Positions 23,692 to 35,106 of a DNA stretch of 64,000 nucleotides are shown one piece after another. The translations under genes were made by a program, and so were the position numbers. Location of the stretch: positions 278,290 to 342,289 of the forward strand of contig NW_005201613.1 in the NCBI RefSeq assembly GCF_000372725.1, in the 5' to 3' direction. The stretch's first letter is position 1. The number at the start of each line of letters is the position of its first letter. The notes under the pieces were generated by a model, which saw nothing but the letters and a program-made list of their open reading frames with translations, was not told where the DNA came from and ran no database searches. Source of the stretch: Emiliania huxleyi CCMP1516. Its lineage: Eukaryota.

Positions 23692-25161
23692 TCACTCCCG
23701 CGACCACACCTCGATCTTCTTGGGCAGCAGCTGGTTCGACAGGTCCTCTCCATGGCCTAAGCGGCTGAGTCCGCCAGCGCCCCAGCTCCAGACTGCGCCG
23801 TCGGCGGTGATGGCGAGGCTGTGGCCGCCTCCAGCCGACACAGAGACGACGCGCTGGCCAGCAAAGGCCTCGACCTTCTTTGGCAGCATCTGGTCCTGCT
23901 CGTCGTCGTGGCCCAGCTGGCCTGAGTCTCCATCGCCCCAGCTCCAGACGGCGCCGTCGGCGGTGAGGGCGAGGCTGTGAGCGGCTCCAGCCGACACAGC
24001 GACGACGCGCCGCCCAGCAAAGGCCTCGACCTTCTTGGGCAGCAGCTGGTGCTGCTCGTCGCCGTGGCCCAGTTGGCCAGCGTATCCCATGCCACAGCTC
24101 CAGACGGCTCCGTCGGCGGTGATGGCGAGGCTGTGGCCGCCTCCAGCCGACACAGTGACGACGCGCCGCCCTGCCAACGCCTCCACCTTCTTCGGCAGCA
24201 GCTGGTCCTGCTGCTCGTCGCCGTGGCCCAGCTGGCCATAGGCTCCTGCGCCCCAGCTCCAGACGGCACCGTCGGCGGCGAGGGCGAGGCTGTGGAACGG
24301 TCCAGCCGACACAGCAACGACGCGCCGTGCAGCAAAGGCCTCGACCTTCTTGGGCAGCAGCTGGTTCTCCTCGTCACCGTGGCCCAACCGGCCCTCGCCT
24401 CCCCAGCCCCAGCTCCAGACGCTGCCGTCAGCGGTGAGGGCGAGACTGTGCACGGGTCCAGCCGACACAGCGATGACACGCTGGCCAACAAAGGCCTCGA
24501 TCTTCTTGGGCAGCAGCTGGTGCTGCTCGTCGCCGTGTCCCAGCTTGCCGTCCCCGCCGCTGCCCCAGGACCAAAGGGCGCCGTTCGCGGAGAGAGCGAG
24601 GCTGAAGTAAAATGACGCCGCCACACCGATCGCGCGCACGCCTCCGGAGGGCGGGAGACGGGTCGGCGTCTTAAGCTGCAACACGCCCTCGCCGTGGCCG
24701 AGAAGGCCTGGACACTCCTCCTCCTCGTCCTCCTCGTCCTCCTCCTCGTCCTCCTCGCCCTCCGCTGCCGCGCCGCATGACGAGAGCCGCCCCTCGCCGT
24801 CGATAAAAACGCTGTGCCGTGCGCCCGCCGCCAGCCTCGCCGGCGGGTTAGCCTCGCGCAGCAAGGCATAGAAGCACAGCCACCGCACGGCGCAGCCCTC
24901 GCCCTCTGGCTGCGCCGGCGGCTCGTAGCCGGCCTCTTGCAAGCGCAAGCGGATGCCCTCCAGCGCCAGCGAGGCGTGGAAGAGGAGCGAGACGGCCGCG
25001 GCGCGAGCGATGTCGGCGGGGTCGCAGCGAGAGACGACGCGCACGAGGAGCTCCGTGGGGAGGTCGAGGAGGCGGGCGGGCGGCGGCGTGTTTGGCGCGG
25101 GGGCGGCGGCGGCGGAGGCGGGGGCGAGGCGGCGCGAGCGGCGGCGCGGCGGGGCAGACAT
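23692..25161 (-). CDS. F-box-like plus RCC1-repeat protein (UVR8/HERC2-like propeller)
   Basis: LLDLPTELLVRVVSRC F-box-like motif, then about 7 RCC1 repeats (VSAGxxHSLALTADGAVWSWGxGxxGQLGHGD). Confidence 0.9.
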   Translation of the reverse strand: MSAPPRRRSRRLAPASAAAAPAPNTPPPARLLDLPTELLVRVVSRCDPADIARAAAVSLLFHASLALEGIRLRLQEAGYEPPAQPEGEGCAVRWLCFYALLREANPPARLAAGARHSVFIDGEGRLSSCGAAAEGEEDEEEDEEDEEEECPGLLGHGEGVLQLKTPTRLPPSGGVRAIGVAASFYFSLALSANGALWSWGSGGDGKLGHGDEQHQLLPKKIEAFVGQRVIAVSAGPVHSLALTADGSVWSWGWGGEGRLGHGDEENQLLPKKVEAFAARRVVAVSAGPFHSLALAADGAVWSWGAGAYGQLGHGDEQQDQLLPKKVEALAGRRVVTVSAGGGHSLAITADGAVWSCGMGYAGQLGHGDEQHQLLPKKVEAFAGRRVVAVSAGAAHSLALTADGAVWSWGDGDSGQLGHDDEQDQMLPKKVEAFAGQRVVSVSAGGGHSLAITADGAVWSWGAGGLSRLGHGEDLSNQLLPKKIEVWSRE

Positions 25162-25408
25162 CGCGAGAAAAAGAATTTCGTGGCGCGAGTCAGTCCTTTT
25201 CCTGCGAACGCGCACCCCCCCCCTAGCTAGGGGTCAGGGCTCTCTACGGCTCTAGCCCGTAGCCCGATGCCGATCATCCGGCTCGCTGGGTGCGCTTCTT
25301 AGCTCCCCGGCCCTGGATGTGAGGTTAATAACTGCACTCCAAGTGCTCCAAGTGCGGAGGGGCGGGGTGCGCGCTGTTCATCACTGCTCTATTTATTTAT
25401 TACAAAAA

Positions 25409-26416
25409 TTATTTATCGCGCAGGAACGACCTGAAGTGGGCAAGCGCTCCAGAGGGGCTGTTCCAGAACAGCGCGCCCGCGACGAGCGAAACTGGCGCCG
25501 GGCAGTACAGGCCGCACAAGTAGAAGAACGTCGACACGCGCCCGATCACCACCTGCCGCTCGGCTCGCAGCATCGCGAGCACTGCGCGCTCCGCCACCTG
25601 TGCGGCGCTCGTCGTCGGAAGTTTGAATATGAGGCCGTCCTCCGAGCCGCCCGCCTGCGCGAAGCCCGTGTCGGTTGCTCCCGGCAGCGCACAGGTGACG
25701 CCCACGCCCTTGAGGGCCAGCTCATAGTGCACCGCGTCGCACAGGTTTGACAGCGCCGCCTTGCTCGCACTGTAAGCTGCGTTGAATGGCTGGCCCGCAG
25801 AGCCGACGATCGAGCCGATCACGAGCACGCGCCCTTGGCGGCGCGCACACATCGGCGGCGCGAGCGTGCGTATGAGCTCGACGTGAGACGTGTAGTTGAG
25901 GCGGGCTGCCCACCGGTGCTCCTCGCGGCTGCACTCCACGAACTCGCGCCGGTCACTGGCTCCCGCTGCGCTCACCAGAGCCCCGCAGTACGCACCACGC
26001 TCTGCGAGGGCGCGGAGCACGGCCTCGCCGGCGTCGAGGGTGGCGTCGGCGAGGTCGAGTGGCAGCACACTCACAAGCACTCCGCCGCCACCCTCCGAAA
26101 GGAGCGCCGCCTGCACCTCCTTGAGCAGTGCCGCGCGCCGCGCGACGAGGAGCACGTTGAAGCCGCGACGCACGAGCTCGAACGCACACGCCTTGCCGAT
26201 TCCCGAGGAGGCACCAGTGACCACCACGTACATATCACGGGCAGGCGAGAGGGGCAGCACGCGCGAGTACGTGAGGGAGATGGCGTGCCCGAGGAGCTGC
26301 AAACTCAGCGCCGCACCGAGTGCCACGAGGAGCACCGCCCTCGAGGACTCAGCCGGCGCAGCGGAGAGCCAGAAGAAGAGGCCGGCGGAGAGGAGCAGCG
26401 TCGTGGGGGGTGACAT
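25409..26416 (-). CDS. Short-chain dehydrogenase/reductase with hydrophobic N-terminus
   Basis: VVTGASSGIG, LVARR, catalytic YSASK, PGATDTGF. Confidence 0.9.
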   Translation of the reverse strand: MSPPTTLLLSAGLFFWLSAAPAESSRAVLLVALGAALSLQLLGHAISLTYSRVLPLSPARDMYVVVTGASSGIGKACAFELVRRGFNVLLVARRAALLKEVQAALLSEGGGGVLVSVLPLDLADATLDAGEAVLRALAERGAYCGALVSAAGASDRREFVECSREEHRWAARLNYTSHVELIRTLAPPMCARRQGRVLVIGSIVGSAGQPFNAAYSASKAALSNLCDAVHYELALKGVGVTCALPGATDTGFAQAGGSEDGLIFKLPTTSAAQVAERAVLAMLRAERQVVIGRVSTFFYLCGLYCPAPVSLVAGALFWNSPSGALAHFRSFLRDK

Positions 26417-26710
26417 CTTGCGTTGACCGGGGGACGAAAGCTGACGAAAGCGTGGTTGCGCTCGCCTAGCTAGCAGAGCTTGGCAACCTTAGTGGCCGCA
26501 GGCCACACGCCCGTGTAGGGCGTGAACTAGTCGCGCGCGTAAGCGCGCGAAGAAAATTTTCAGAGATACGTACGTACTTTCCCTGGGTAAGGCCTTGTTT
26601 TCACGTCCTTAGCGAGTGATGCGATCACGTTCTTGTTTTGCCCAAAACAAGAACGTACTCGCACGTTCTTATTGATTGGCTGTGGCGTGTGTGGGGTGGT
26701 GGGTGGGTGG

Positions 26711-26741
<31 letters not shown>

Positions 26742-28599
26742 AACTTCTGTGATGCCATGCGTGACCTAGTAGTGTCCCCAGCTATGGGCGTGTCCACGTT
26801 GGAGCCAGGTGTGGTGTGGGCGCGAGAATAGCTCCGCCGTTCATGGAGGCAACCGATGCGAGTCGACTGGTGTGTGTCGTCGTGGTTTCGTATCAAGAAT
26901 TCTCTCTCTCTCTGGGTGGGTGGGTGGGTGGGTGGGTGGGGGGGCTCTCGAGGTCGGCGTGCGTGGGTGGGGTGGGTGCGCCGTGGGTGCGCTGTTTGTG
27001 TACATCTGAACAAGTGCTCCAAGGGGGACTAATTTCTTTTTCGCACAAGGTGTAAAATTCTTTTTCGCAAGACCGTACAATCACGACCGTGTCTTCGAGC
27101 GACGCAGTTTGCCAACCATGTCTGGCCCTCGAGCGTCTGCTTGGTTCTTGCGGATGCAGGCGGCCATGATTGAGGACCGCCAGTCGAAGACGCTGCTGGC
27201 TGACGAGACTGTGCAGCGGCTGCGGGCGCATCGGCAGCGGCAGTGGCAGAAGGTGGCGGCAGACTTCAACAAGCGTCTGGACGAAGCGAATGAGCGCGCG
27301 GACGCATCAATCGCAGCGTGGCTCGCGGCTCACAAGGAGCGCGTCGCGCTTGGCATGACGACCGACGGTGGGACCACGACCGACCACTGCGACACCGAAG
27401 GCATGACCGAGGAGGTCGCGGACGAGAACGCGCCGCTGGTGAACGGCCAGGATACGTTTGGGCCGAGGGCGGCCGTTTCTCTGCGTAGATTAGGGCCAGG
27501 ATTAGGGCCAGGAGCCGCCGGCGTCCGGCGTGCGAGGCCCGGCTCTTGCGCACCGAAGCGAGCGGAGCGAGCCGAAGAGAAAATTTGAGGATAAGGTCGT
27601 ACTTGCATGTATGTACGTCCCTGTTTTGACAGTACGTACGTAGTGTCGAAGTACGTCCGTGGTTGAGCTGAGGCGCACGTACGCGAGGGTCGCTAGCGTG
27701 TCGTCAGCAAGGGCGTGTGGGCTGGGGGCATTTCCGCCCACGTTCTTGCGATACGTACTTGATTTCACGGTCGTGAAAGCAAGGTTGCCAAGCTCTGCTA
27801 GCTAGCTCGCTGCCGTGAAACAGTGCAGGTAATCTCGTCGTCAGCTGTCGCGATGCACCCGAAGGGGACACCAGCGCCAACATCATCGGTGGAGGTACAA
27901 GTGTCCGACACGAGAGTGGACCTGAGCAACGACATGACTTGGCGACAAATGATCGGAGTGGGCGTCAGAAGACTCGTCCTTGCGCGAGGAGAGCTCGATA
28001 AACTCGAGGGGCCAAAATATGCCGCGGGCGAGGAGGGCAGAGACCAGAGTTGCGCCGAAAGGCGGGAGAAGCAGCGAGAGCGAGGGACCGGCAGGCGGCG
28101 GCGCCGTCGCAGGATGAGGCAGAGGAGAGCGACGCGACAGAGGAAGAAGCGACAAGAGAGAGAACGACGAGAGTGGGACGACCGCGAGGTGGCATGAAGG
28201 CTGCAGCGAGAATCGGCGAGAGACTGCGAAGAGAGATAGGAAGAGGCGGACGCCCAAGGGTGGGCGACGGCTAGCGCATCACACCCCTCCCCTTATTAAA
28301 ATCCCTGTGTGGTGGCGGCGTGCCATCCTCCCATCCCTCCCTTGATTGTCCGTTTTCTTTCTTAAAATCTTGTCTGTCGTGTGAATCGTGCGTGTGCGAC
28401 AGGCTTTGGTTGTAAAATTCTTAAAATCCCAGTCGTCGGCAAAAATCTAAGAAACCACGGCGCGCCGCAGGCGCGGCCCCGAGAAAAGGCGCCAGACACG
28501 AGTGTTGATGTTGACCTTGTGGTACATGATCTCCTTCGCCTGGATCTCCAGGGTGTGAGGAGAGAGGGAGGATGGGCGGTGGCGAGAGCGGTGGGGAGG

Positions 28600-28619
28600 G
28601 TGGGAGGTGGGAAGCCGCA

Positions 28620-28654
<35 letters not shown>

Positions 28655-29060
28655 TGGCGGGGGCCGGCGGCGAGGGCGGTGGCGTGGCGAGGGCGTGGAG
28701 ACGAGGGCGGCATCAACGGGCGGCGGCCACGGCGAGGGACGGGGCGGCTGGAGAGTGAGGTGCGATGCAGCCGCGCACGGCATAGGCTGGCCGATGGCAG
28801 CGAGGAAGGCAGGCGGGGCGGATGTGGGGGCGAGCCTCGTTGGCGATGCGGTCCTTCTTCTCCACCTTGGTCGGTGCCTTGTTCTTCTCCTTCTTGGCCT
28901 CGTGCTGCGCCTGAGGCGCGCGGGGGCGGGCGTGAGCGGCGGCGGCGGCGGCGGCGGCGGGCGGCGTCACTCGGCCCTCGGCCCTCGGGGCGGCTCGCCG
29001 GCCGCGGCGTCCGCGGCGGGCTTTGGCTTGGGCGAGTAGGCTAGCTTACGGGTCGCCGGC
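28600..29060. repeat. Segmental duplicate copy A; copy B at about 32275-32935, direct orientation
   Basis: Long near-identical stretches, e.g. GGCTGGAGAGTGAGGTGCGATGCAGCCG..CATAGGCTGGCCGATGGCAGCGAGGAAGGCAGG and GTAGGCTAGCTT.CGGGTCGCCGGC. Confidence 0.9.
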
Positions 29061-29372
29061 GTGGAGCCGTCCGGGTCCGCATCCAATGGCAATGCAAAAT
29101 GCCCAGATCTAGCCGCAGCCCGCGCAATTTAGAGTACAACTTAGCACAAGACCTCCAGAAGTAACTCAGAGAGTGGCCCCAAATTCCAGATGCAATGCAC
29201 CCACAACAAAGAACCCACAGACACGGGCCAAAACCCCAGCCAAATGCACATCCCCCCACAAGACCCAGAAGCCGACAGAGGCGACCCCACAGAGAAACGT
29301 GCCAACCAATGCGATGCGCACAAATGCTCAGTAGGCCCCTCACTCTCCCTCGCAAGCACCATCCCGCTATAG

Positions 29373-32094
29373 CTACACGATGGGTGGAGAAAAGTCGGAG
29401 AGCTGGATGATCTGGGCGCCGCGGTCGACGTAGCTCGCGACGATGGCGTAGGCCCGCCCGGCAACCACAAACGTGGCGACGCCGTGCGGACTATCCAGCT
29501 CGTCGAAGCCGTTCACCCCGTCGGTGACGCTCGCGACGGCGACGGGGGAGGACGGGTCGGTCAGCTCGATGATCTGAGCGCCGTCGCTGGTGCTCGCGAC
29601 GATGGCGTAGGTCCGCCCGGCCACCACAAACGTGGCGACGCTGATTGCACCAGCCAGCGCGTCGAAGCCGTTCACCCCGTCGGTGACGCTCGCGACGGCG
29701 ACAGGGGAGGACGGGTCGGTGAGCTCGATGATCTGCGCGCCGCCATCATTCCAGCTCGCGACGATGGCGTAGGTCCGCCCGGCCACCACAAACGTGGCGA
29801 CGCTGATTGCACCAGCCAGCGCGTCGAAGCCGTTCACCCCTTCGGTGACGCTCGCGACGGCGACGGGGGAGGACGGGTCGGTGAGCTCGATGATCTGAGC
29901 GCCGTCGTCAATGGTGCTCGCGACGATGGCGTAGGTCCGCCCGGCAACCACAAACGTGGCGACGTCGACTGCACCCGACAGCGTGTTGAAGCCGTTCACC
30001 CCGTCGGTGACGCTCGCGACGGCGACGGGGGAGGACGGGTCGGTGAGCTCGATGATCTGCGCGACGCTGTCAACGCGGGCCACCACGATGGCGTAGGTCC
30101 GTCCGGCCACCACAAACGTGGCGACGCCACGTGCACCATCCAGCGCGTCGAAGCCGTTCACCCCTTCGGTGACGCTCGCGACGGCGACGGGGGAGGACGG
30201 GTCGGTGAGCTCGATGATCTGCGCGCCACCAGCGTAGCTCGTGACGATGGCGTAGGTCCGCCCGGCCACCACAAACGTGGCGACGCCACGTGCATTATCC
30301 AGCTCGTCGAAGCCGTTCACCCCGTCGGTGACGCTCGCGACGGCGACGGGGGAGGACGGGTCGGTGAGCTCGATGATCTGCGCGCCGTAGTCAGCGGCGC
30401 TCGCGACGATGGCGTAGGTCCGCCCGGACGGCGAGGGCGGCGGCAGCGAAGGCGGCGGCGGTGAAGGCGGAGGCGGCGAGGGCGGCGGCGGCGAGGGCGG
30501 CGGCGCCGCCGCCGGACGATATCGGCAGCACTGTGAGCAAACGTTTGGGGACCAAAAGCAGCAGCTGTCTCCGCTCCGAGCCTCGACCGGATATGCGCCA
30601 CTACACGTTTGGTCGGCACACGTGTCTATGCCATCGCAATCCAGGTCAGCCGTGCTTGCCACGTGGTATTTCCTATCGCCCTCTCCCAGGTTGTCCTCTG
30701 CCCCTTGACCATCGTGCGTGAGCATCCGCCTCGTGGCCAGCGGCGGAGGGGCAGGAGGCGGCGGAGTGGGAGGCGGCAGCGTGGGCGGCGGAGGCGCCGG
30801 TGGCGGCGTGGGCGGCGGCGGCGACGGCGAGGTGGAGGGCGGCGGCGGCGTGGGCGGCGGAGGCGCCGGTGGCGGCGGCCCCACCACAAACGTGGCGACG
30901 CCATGTGCACCCTCCAGCTCGTCGAAGCCGTTCACCCCTTCGGTGACGCTCGCGACGGCGATGGGGTTCGGAAGCACCATCTGCGGGGGCGGCGAAGGAT
31001 TCGGGATCGACGGCGGCGGCGTCGACGGCGACGGCGGCGGCGTTGGCGGCAACGGCGACGGTGGCGTCGACGGCGGCACCATGCCCACGAACTTCCGAAC
31101 CGCCTCGAGCTCCTCCCTCACACTCGCGAGCCCCTGCGAGACACCGTCCTTCAGCTGCTCCGTGACGAACTCAGTGAAATTGTCGCGAAGCGCTTCGATC
31201 CGCTCGGTGACACTCTCCCCGTCCGCCGTGACAAAGTCCGTCGCGTGCAGCTCGCCGCTGCACGTCAGCTTGCCGCCCCCCTCGCCGGTCAGGCGGGTCG
31301 GCGTCAGGTCGGGCGTGCGACTGTTGAAGGAGAGCGTCGCTTTCCTCCCCGTGATGGCGAACTCGGTCTCGTCGCCAGTCGCGGAGGAGAGCTGCCGCCG
31401 CGCCGCTGCCGGCGGGCGAGCCGCGGCCGCCGGCGGGTTGGGCGGGGCCAGCTTGTCGCGGAGCGCGCCGATCTCGGCGTCCTGCGCTGCGAGCCCCTTT
31501 TCGCACGCCCCCACGCGCGCCTCCAGCGCCTCGAGGTCCGCGGCGCTCACCAGCTCGACCACCTCGCCGCCGGCCGACATCTGGACCTGCTTGTGGTCCG
31601 TCTTGCTCTTGCGCGCGGCGAGTAGCTCGGCGATCATCTCGTCCTTCTTCTTCATCTCCTCCTTGAACGCCTCGTCCTTCTTCTGCGTCTCCTGCTCCTT
31701 CTTCTGCGTCTCCTCGTCCTTCTTCTGCATGTCCCTCTTGAACACCGCGAGCTCGGCCATGATGCTCTTCAACGTGACGGGGCTCTCGCCGCCAGCCGCA
31801 GCCTCGGGCGAGTCCTTCGGCGCCTCGCCCATGATCGTGTCGGCCGTCTCCGTCTCGTGCACGATGGCGTCCGAGCGGAGAGCCGCGAGCGGCGCCGGGA
31901 GGAGCTTGGTCGCGAGGAGCGCGGCGCCCGCGCCTGTGCGTACGAGGGAATGGGCGTTAGCATGCGGCTGCTGAGTGGAGCCTCTCCCTCTCCCCCCTCC
32001 CCCCTCCCTCCGCGGTGTGCGCACCGGCAGGCCAGAAGGTGAGGGCGGAGCAGCCCAAGGCCAGCACCGCTGCGAGGAGGACGCAAACGCCCAT
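29373..32094 (-). CDS. Secreted/surface protein: signal peptide, coiled coil, Pro-rich linkers, seven ~55-aa LVIVD-like beta-propeller repeats
   Basis: MGVCVLLAAVLALGCSA signal; repeat GRTYAIVASxxDxGAQIIELTDPSSPVAVASVTDGVNGFDxLxGAxxVATFVVA. Probable short intron near 31935-32025. Confidence 0.8.
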
Positions 32095-33474
32095 CGTGCG
32101 CGTGTGCGAGGCGTGCTTGGCGAGGCAGTTCTTGCGCGGGAGCAGCGAGGCGTCCTTGCGGTCGGCCGCCTTCGAGAAGGGAGGGGGGAGGGGTGGGGGG
32201 GATGAGAGGAGGGGGGGGCGGGGAGGCGGGGCGGCGGGGATTGCGGAGGGGGGGTGGGGGGTGGGGGTGGGGAGGGCGAGGGTGGGGAGGCGCATGACGG
32301 CGGCGGCGGCGGCGGCGTGGGTGTGGCGGGGGCCGGCGGCGAGGGCGGCAGCGTGGCGAAGGCGTGGAGACGAGGGCGGCAGCAACGGGCGGCGGCCACG
32401 GCGGCTGGAGAGTGAGGTGCGATGCAGCCGAACACGGCATAGGCTGGCCGATGGCAGCGAGGAAGGCAGGCGGGGCGGATGGGGGCGAGCCTCGTTGGCG
32501 ACGCCGGCGGCGCAGTCCTTCTTCTCCGCCTTGGTCGGCGCCTTGTTCTTCTCCTTCTTGGCCTCGCCGAGCTGCGCCTGGAGCGCTCGGGGGCGGGCGT
32601 GAGCGGCGGCGGCGGCGGCGGCGGCGGTTGGGTTGAGGGGGGGGCGGGCGGCGTCGCTCGGGGCGGGTGCGCGGAGGAGGGAGAGGTGCGGCGCAGCCAC
32701 AAAAGGCACAAGGCAGAAGCTCTCGACGGTGTTGAGGGAGTTTGGGCGGGGCGAGGGAGGACGGGGGCTCCTCAGTCTTCATGTCGGCCTGCGGCGCGCC
32801 CTTCTCCTCGGTCTTCTCCTCGTCGGCCGTGGTGAGGAGCGCAAAGGAGTTGGGGCTGGGCCGGTGCTCGCCGGCGGCGGCGTCCGCGTCGGGCTTGGGC
32901 TTGGGCGCGTAGGCTAGCTTGCGGGTCGCCGGCATGCAGCCCTCCGCATCCTGCGTGGGAGGGGTGGGAGGGGGGGGCGACGGGAGTGGGTGGCGGGGGA
33001 GGCGGGGCTGGGAGGCGGCGGGGCGGAGGGTAGGGCCAGGGTTCGCAGCTCGCCGGTCCCGGGGCGACCGGCCGCGTAGAGAGCGCCTTCGCGCGCAGCG
33101 CGTACGCGTCTCCCCCTCGTACGACGATGCCCGACACTTGCTTCGCCTTGGGCGCGGTCTTCAAGGCGGGCGTGCCGGCGTCGGCGGCTGCGGCGGCGGC
33201 CGGTTCCGCCGGCGCCGAGCCATCGAACTTGAAGTCCGCCCAAAAGCGGCTCGGGGCGTCCTTGGCGTCGACCCGCGCCGTCGGCTTGCACATTGAGAGG
33301 TTGAGGGACACGCGGGCACCGAGGCCGCCGCTTGCGACCGGCTTGGCGGAAGCCTTGATGAACGTCCGGCGCGAGGGCGGGACGAGCTTAACGTCGTCGC
33401 GCGGGAGCGACGAGGTCACCTTGCTGCTGAGGTCACGCCGTGCGGGTGGCGCCCGGGTTGGGATCCCTAACGAA

Positions 33475-33520
33475 CCCTAACCCTAACCCTAACCCTAACC
33501 CTAACCCTAACCCTAACCCT
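33475..33520. repeat. Interstitial telomeric repeat (CCCTAA)x7
   Basis: Directly visible. Confidence 0.95.
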
Positions 33521-33833
33521 CGGCTGTGGGTCAGGCTGTGCTGTATAAGGCGCGCGAGACTGGGTGCTTTGCTACCTTGCTTGCTTGTGTCTCCCGTGGC
33601 CGGGACGGTTGGTTGGGTGGTGGGGGTGGGTCGGTCGGTCGGTCGGTGGGGGTGGGTTCCTCGCCTCATCAGCCGGGCGTGAGGTGGGTGGGGCTGGGGG
33701 TGGGTGGGTGGTTCCAAGCCTCAGCCGGGCCGTGAGGTGGGCGGGGTGGGGGCGGGGTAGAGGCACGTGGTGAGAGAAAAAACGCAACGCGTTGTCGCAG
33801 TTTTCGCAGGGATGGTGCTGGAATTCTCGTTCC

Positions 33834-34352
33834 ATGCGGATAGCCTACATCGCCGCCGGCCTCGCCGTGGCCTGGACGGTGGACAGGCTCGACGCGCGAC
33901 TGAACCCAACGGCGACCCGCTCTCCTCTCCGTCTCGCCGTCCTCCGGCTTGGCCTGACCGAGCCGGCGTGGACGTCGCCGCTCAACTTCGGCGTGAGGGA
34001 CGGCGCCTTCGCCTGTGCTGGATGCAGTGCGATCCTCTTCGACTCGTCCGCCAAGTTTGACTCTGGCACGGGCTGGCCCTCGTTCTGGAGGACTGCAGCG
34101 GAGAGCGCCGTCGGCTACCGGGAGGAGTACGCCGGCGGCGGCTACTTGGACGGCGGCAGCGTCCGCTCCGCGACCGAGGTGCACTGCGAGGCGTGCGGCG
34201 GCCACCTCGGCCACGTCTTTCTCGACGGGCCAGCCATTGAGGACACGGCGCCCGCGCTGGCCGTGCCGCCGTCAGACCCACGGGCGGGTGCGCGGCGGCC
34301 GCGCTTCTGCGTCAACGGCGCGGCGCTCCGCTTCCGCGCCCGAGTGGCGTGA
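33834..34352 (+). CDS. MSRB: Peptide methionine-(R)-sulfoxide reductase MsrB
   Basis: CAGC...KFDSGTGWPSF...EVHCEACGGHLGHVFLDGP...RFCVNG. Confidence 0.93.
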   Translation: MRIAYIAAGLAVAWTVDRLDARLNPTATRSPLRLAVLRLGLTEPAWTSPLNFGVRDGAFACAGCSAILFDSSAKFDSGTGWPSFWRTAAESAVGYREEYAGGGYLDGGSVRSATEVHCEACGGHLGHVFLDGPAIEDTAPALAVPPSDPRAGARRPRFCVNGAALRFRARVA

Positions 34353-35106
34353 GCGCACGCGCATGCGCTAGTCTGCGAGGCCTTGCTATATGAGTGTGTC
34401 TAGTTGAGTTCTGCTCACCTCTGCGGCGCGACGTGGATTGCGCTTGTGTAGTGTATATGTTGCAAGGGGAGAGCTCAGCACCACCGCGTGGGCGACGACA
34501 GGGCTTGGGCTATCAACGGAGGAGCAGGAGGTTGTACAACCATCCCACTCGACGACATCGGTGATGGGGCCTCTAGCTACGCCGATAACAAAACAAAACA
34601 AAACACCGAGCGCCGCGCAGGCGCGACACACACTTTCACTTAATGCATGTTATGCTCAAGTCAACCCGACCGGCGGTGGTGGCACGGACGACTTTGGCGG
34701 CAACTACCCAACGATTTCGGCTCCGACACGTGGACGGCCTGGACGCGCTTTCCGACTCGGACTGAATTTACCGTCGAGGGCCAGCAGCGGCCCGCCCTGC
34801 ATGACCCCGTGGCTCACACCGCCAGGGCCAGAGGAGCGACGCCACAAGGATGCCCCCTCCACCTCGTGCAGCCTGCCGCGCTGCCTCCACGTGTTCGCGA
34901 TTAATAATTGAAAAAGTGGCATGTGCCCAGGTCGTCGGTGGTATAGCCCGCGTGCACGTTAACTTATAATTAGACTTGCCTCATGCAGACTTTCTTTTTT
35001 TTCGTGTGTCAGAGATTGGGTCTTCAAGCAAATCTTCCCCTCAGCTTGGAGCACTTGGAGTGCAGTCATCAACCGCACATAACTAATAAAAAATCAATTC
35101 AGGGGT

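Noticed and set aside
23692..25161. Calling the RCC1 protein the UVR8 photoreceptor
   Set aside because: Lacks the GWRHT tryptophan motifs and has an F-box-like N-terminus.
27109..27588. 159-aa coiled-coil-like ORF
   Set aside because: No domain or other support for a gene call.
29373..30425. ~165-bp DNA repeats with variable patches as a CRISPR- or DGR-like array
   Set aside because: They are in-frame protein repeats, with no reverse transcriptase or adenine-specific variation evident.
32772..33419. ORF within and next to duplicate copy B as a transposase or gag
   Set aside because: No recognisable catalytic motifs.
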